Below are positions 57,658 to 64,000 of a stretch of DNA of 64,000 nt, piece after piece (position 1 is the first letter of the stretch; each line of letters starts with the position of its first letter). The position numbers and the translations under genes are program-made. Origin of the DNA: Octopus vulgaris. Taxonomy: Eukaryota. Location: NCBI GenBank assembly GCA_951406725.2, contig OX597828.1:23560001-23624000 (forward strand), given 5' to 3'. The notes beneath the pieces are model-generated. The model had not been told where the DNA came from and ran no database searches. It saw only the letters and a program-made list of their open reading frames with translations.

Positions 57658-59020
57658 CTCTTGTCCTTTGAGTGTTATTCGTGTTAGATTTTTCAGCATA
57701 TCAAGTAACGCTGTAAGCTTCATCATGAAGCCTTAGATATAACCGACTCTAGTCCTAGGATGCATAAGATTGGCAGTTAGGATTTCCTGGCGTACAAATG
57801 GCTGGGAAACACACATGGCCTTCTCCACTGAACGGGATGCCAGTCCGAAACATGGTCCTTTATTTGCAATTGAGGGGTTTGGAGAGCAACGCGAAATGAA
57901 ATTGTTTTCCTCAAGAACACAACACATCAACTGGTTCGGAAATTGAAACCACGATCTTGTGAACGTGAGTGTGCTACTTGCTAACGACCACATGCCTACA
58001 GGAAGACTTAAGCGCTTAGTGTTTAAAGATATCTTCCATTAAAGGCGTCTGTCCGTGACGACATTAGATACACCTTCACATAAATTATATAACGAATCCT
58101 TTGCCTTGAGCGCTTCCGACATTCATTAACTTTGAAAAATATATATATCAAAGGCATCTCTTCGTGATTACATCCTCACACAGACACATACACCACACTA
58201 CACCACACCACACCACACACAATATAAGGACGCACATTTACAGAATGCATCATTTTACTTTAGCGACGCTAACTTTATTAATTTTCAAAATGAATCTCTG
58301 ATCAAAAGCCTCTCTGTTCGTGACCAGTATATTAGATGTCTCATAACGGACATTATAGAGTGCATACCATACTTCATTGAACCTAACTTTTAATAAATTT
58401 CAAAGAAATAATTATACAACAACCACACAAATACAATAGATAAAGCGGTATGCGACGCGTTCGTAATCGGCCATATTTGTACCCTAGACAATATTTTAAC
58501 GAGTTTTGGCTTTTATTTCCTAAAAAAAGAATGAGCGAACAAATTATATTTGCTTCTATTTTCATATTTGTTTTCTTTCATATTCTGTCGTGGAATCGAA
58601 TTGTAATCATTACCTCCTCACACAACCTTCCCCCCTACATGTATTACCCCCGCCCCAACACACGTCTCTCGTCTATACAGTATTCACATAATCTCCAATT
58701 AAAATTACAGTAAATATAATACAATGTAAGACACAAACGACAATTATGTACTAATGTCAACCAGGAAGTTGAATTATGGGATATTTTCACAATTTATTAT
58801 GAAAATAAATTATCTCTTGGATTTATTAATAATACTGTATTCTATTAGAATTTTCTATTAGAATTGGCGGCTCATTGTTTTTTAATTTACTGCGATGCTT
58901 CGTTTTTTTCAATGTTCTTCGCTTTCGCTTTATTGCCTTGTACAATTTGTACATATGTGTGAGTATGTGTGCATGTTTGTGCGTGAATATATACATATAT
59001 GTGTGTGTAAATATGTATGC

Positions 59021-59128
<108 letters not shown>

Positions 59129-59282
59129 TATAAATATATATATATATATGTATATATATATGTTTATATATATATATATAACATTGTGTTTTCTTTAGCA
59201 TTTTATGACCGGTTTATATTATATTTTACAATATTTCCCATTGTTATAATAAATCATAAGAAAAATATGATCATCATCATCC

Positions 59283-59347
<65 letters not shown>

Positions 59348-59378
59348 AATAATAATAATAATAATGATAATAATAATG

Positions 59379-59886
<508 letters not shown>

Positions 59887-60126
59887 ATAATAATAATAAT
59901 AAGGGGGTGAGCTGGCAGAATACTTAGCTGCATTCAGTCCGTTTTCACGTTCTGAGTTCAAATGTCGTCGTGGCCCTCTTTGCCTCCCTTCCTTGCGGGG
60001 TCGATCGATAAATGAAGTACAAGTGAAACACATGGGTCGACGCAATCGACTAGTCCGGTCGCCAGCAAGTTCCAGGTTTTGTGCATTTTAGCAAAATGGA
60101 CTAACTATAATTAATTATAATTATTA

Positions 60127-60161
<35 letters not shown>

Positions 60162-60177
60162 TAGTTTTATAGCGTGC

Positions 60178-60233
<56 letters not shown>

Positions 60234-60269
60234 GTTATTGTTATGTTATTATTATTATTATTATTATTA

Positions 60270-60324
<55 letters not shown>

Positions 60325-60357
60325 GATCATTATTATTATTGTCGTTTATTATAATTA

Positions 60358-60417
<60 letters not shown>

Positions 60418-60712
60418 GCATCAACATCATAATCATATGTATGGTTGTAATTATTATATATATTATTACTATTGCAGCAGAGACCAATAAATGTGATTTA
60501 AATCCAACCATGATGTATAATAAACTGCATGTAATAAAATCTTGATAATGATATTTTAATTATAGAGTATATCACTGAGAGGGAAAAAATATGTATGCAA
60601 TGGCGTCCTTTGCAGAAGTAAAAAATGAGAAACATATGCACATTGGTTCATCAATGTAGACACGCAGTTATATACACACCGGCATATATATACATGCATG
60701 TATGTATGTAAG

Positions 60713-60758
<46 letters not shown>

Positions 60759-60970
60759 CATATATATATATATATAAATTTGTATATACGTTTATATTTA
60801 TTTATATGCATATACATATATACATATATTTACATATATGCACACACATTTTTATACATACATAAATGTCTATATCTACATACATATATATGAATATATA
60901 TGAATATATATGAATATATATATATATATATATATGTACATGTATATATGCATATAAAAATAGTTATATG

Positions 60971-61007
<37 letters not shown>

Positions 61008-61156
61008 AGGTATATATGTATGTATGTATGTATATATATATATATACATACAAAAATTAGGGAAATAAATGTATGAATATATATGTACATAATTTTATGT
61101 ACACACATACAAACACATGCATGCATACATAGTACACACACACACAAACGCACATA

Positions 61157-61209
<53 letters not shown>

Positions 61210-61580
61210 TCACACACATATATAAACATGGTAGCATGGCGCAAATGTCTATGCTTGTCTGCAGGTGGATGTGTACGTATGTTTGTAAAACCCAATTATA
61301 AAATAATGAAAGAGCTGGAAAAAATTACAAATGATGCACAAAAGGAGAAAATGTAATTATAGAGAGATGTAAATAAATTATCAGAATTGTACTCAGCAGC
61401 TTAATTGTAGATTGTGCTTAAATTGAAAACTAGAAGAAATGGTGGTGAAGAGAAAATATAACAGGAATCGTATCATAAAATATGGATCGCTTGTTTGTTA
61501 AACTATTTGGAAAATACAATAATAATAATAATAATAATAATATTTTTATTAATAATAATACCGAAAATAATAATAAGAAC

Positions 61581-61651
<71 letters not shown>

Positions 61652-61687
61652 TTGTAGCTGCATTTTTATGTTCTTTTAGCATATACC

Positions 61688-61723
<36 letters not shown>

Positions 61724-61745
61724 GAAATATATACATACATATCGT

Positions 61746-61782
<37 letters not shown>

Positions 61783-61806
61783 GCGTATATATATATATAT
61801 ATATCG

Positions 61807-61837
<31 letters not shown>

Positions 61838-61846
61838 ATATATGTA

Positions 61847-61917
<71 letters not shown>

Positions 61918-62489
61918 ATATGTATATATATTCTTTTATTCTTTTGTATCAGCCACACACACAGAAACATGTATATACATATATACGACGTGCTTCTTTC
62001 AGTTTCTGTCTACCAAATCCACTGATAGGTCTTTAGTCGGCCCAAGGCTATAGTGGAACTATGTGGTTGATAAGCACGTTACTTACCACACCGCCACTTC
62101 TACGCCTTTATATATATATTATTTGCTTCAATCATTAGACTGCAGCTGTTTTGTGGCTACTCCGTGAAACTCTTTGGCCGAACGAATCGACAGAAATACT
62201 CATTTTTTAAGGGCTTGTACTTAATCTATCACCGCTATTGCTGGACTGCTATGTTACATAAACCCATACACTCACTCCAGTCGTGAAGCTCTGTTGGATG
62301 TCAAATGGAGACATACACACACGCATATACACATCAGCGTGCGCAGTCACACATGACTTGTTATTTCAGTTTCTTTCTCCCATACCTCCTTACAAGTCAC
62401 TGGGATCGGTTTGAGGCTATGGCATAGGACACTTTCTCAATGACCTGTAGGTACGTGGTATCCCCTTATGCTGGCACAATATACTAATC

Positions 62490-62880
62490 CACTGCGTGGC
62501 ACCTTAGGCAAGTGTCTTCTACTATAGCCTCAAGTCGACCAAGGCGTTGTGAGAAGATTTGGTGGACGGAAACTGAAAGAAGCCTGTCGCATATATATAT
62601 ATATGTGTGTGTGTATATGTATGTATGTATGTGTGTGTATTTGTGTGTGTTTATGTATGTATGTATTTATGTGTGTGTTTGTGCCCCCTTTAGCATCGCT
62701 TGACAACCGATGTTGGTGTGTTTGTGTCCTCATAGCCTAGCGGTTCGGGAAAAGTGACCGATCGGATAAGTACTAGACTTACAAAGTATAAGTGCCGGAG
62801 TCGATTTGTTCGACTAAAGGCGATGCTCCAGCATGGCAGCGGTCATATTTTTGAAACATGTAAAAGAGTAAAAGAGCAAT
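62490..62880 (+). mobile_element. SINE family B, 5'-truncated
   Basis: Similarity to the reverse complement of 28515-29020. Confidence 0.8.
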
Positions 62881-63205
62881 CTAAAACAACGCACTGCTAA
62901 CACAGGAGAACGCAGCATTAGCTTATAACAGCGTTTAATATACTTTATAGTAATACTAGCCTGCAAACGAAATACCACGTAAATTGGTATGTCTAATAAT
63001 TATACACCGCTATTTATAGGGGCTATTTAAGCAATATTTTCTAGGATGATTAATGGGTTAGATGGGTGCAAATCCCCCACGGAATATAGCATATTCGCAT
63101 ATTACCAATTTTTCATCTTCGGACTCAATATTTGTTTACATCGGACTTATACGAAACGTAGTAACAAAAATTAGTGCTGGCTTTAATTTCTATCGTAAAT
63201 CTGTA

Positions 63206-63836
<631 letters not shown>

Positions 63837-63940
63837 TAAATCTGTAGAGATGACCTTAAAGAACTTTCCCGATGTACTGTCTATTGTGATTGAATCTGCA
63901 ACCCTGTAGCTGTGAAGCAAACTTCTTACCAGATAGCCAC

Positions 63941-64000
<60 letters not shown>

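Overview
A 64-kb AT-rich, microsatellite-saturated eukaryotic window. The repeat content suggests a coleoid cephalopod such as Octopus; this is inference, not a database result. Almost all long ORFs in the track are translated simple repeats. The only host-gene signal is two 81-nt, phase-1/phase-1 collagen-type (Gly-X-Y)9 exons on the + strand (24619-24699 and 56782-56862), so at least the 32 kb between them, and probably most of the window, is intron. Transposons include a full-length dead mariner with TA duplication, Tx1/L1-, RTE-, R4/Dong- and CR1/L2-type LINE 3' fragments, a 5'-truncated Penelope-like element (PLE; RT plus GIY-YIG), MITEs and several tRNA-derived SINE families. The most interesting signal is a set of PLE-related elements embedded in microsatellites and carrying type I hammerhead ribozyme (HHR) folds. 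It comprises: (a) two copies of a tRNA-headed, SINE-like element whose 3' part carries an HHR and shows PLE-style inverted-tail insertion geometry; (b) a ~500-bp retrozyme-like unit with a near-canonical GUC hammerhead; (c) an HHR-like motif in the PLE 3' end with a covarying second copy; (d) several fold-back palindromes. The most abundant SINE also shares its 3' tail with a (GATA)n-embedded Tx1/L1-like LINE. All folds and alignments were read by eye.
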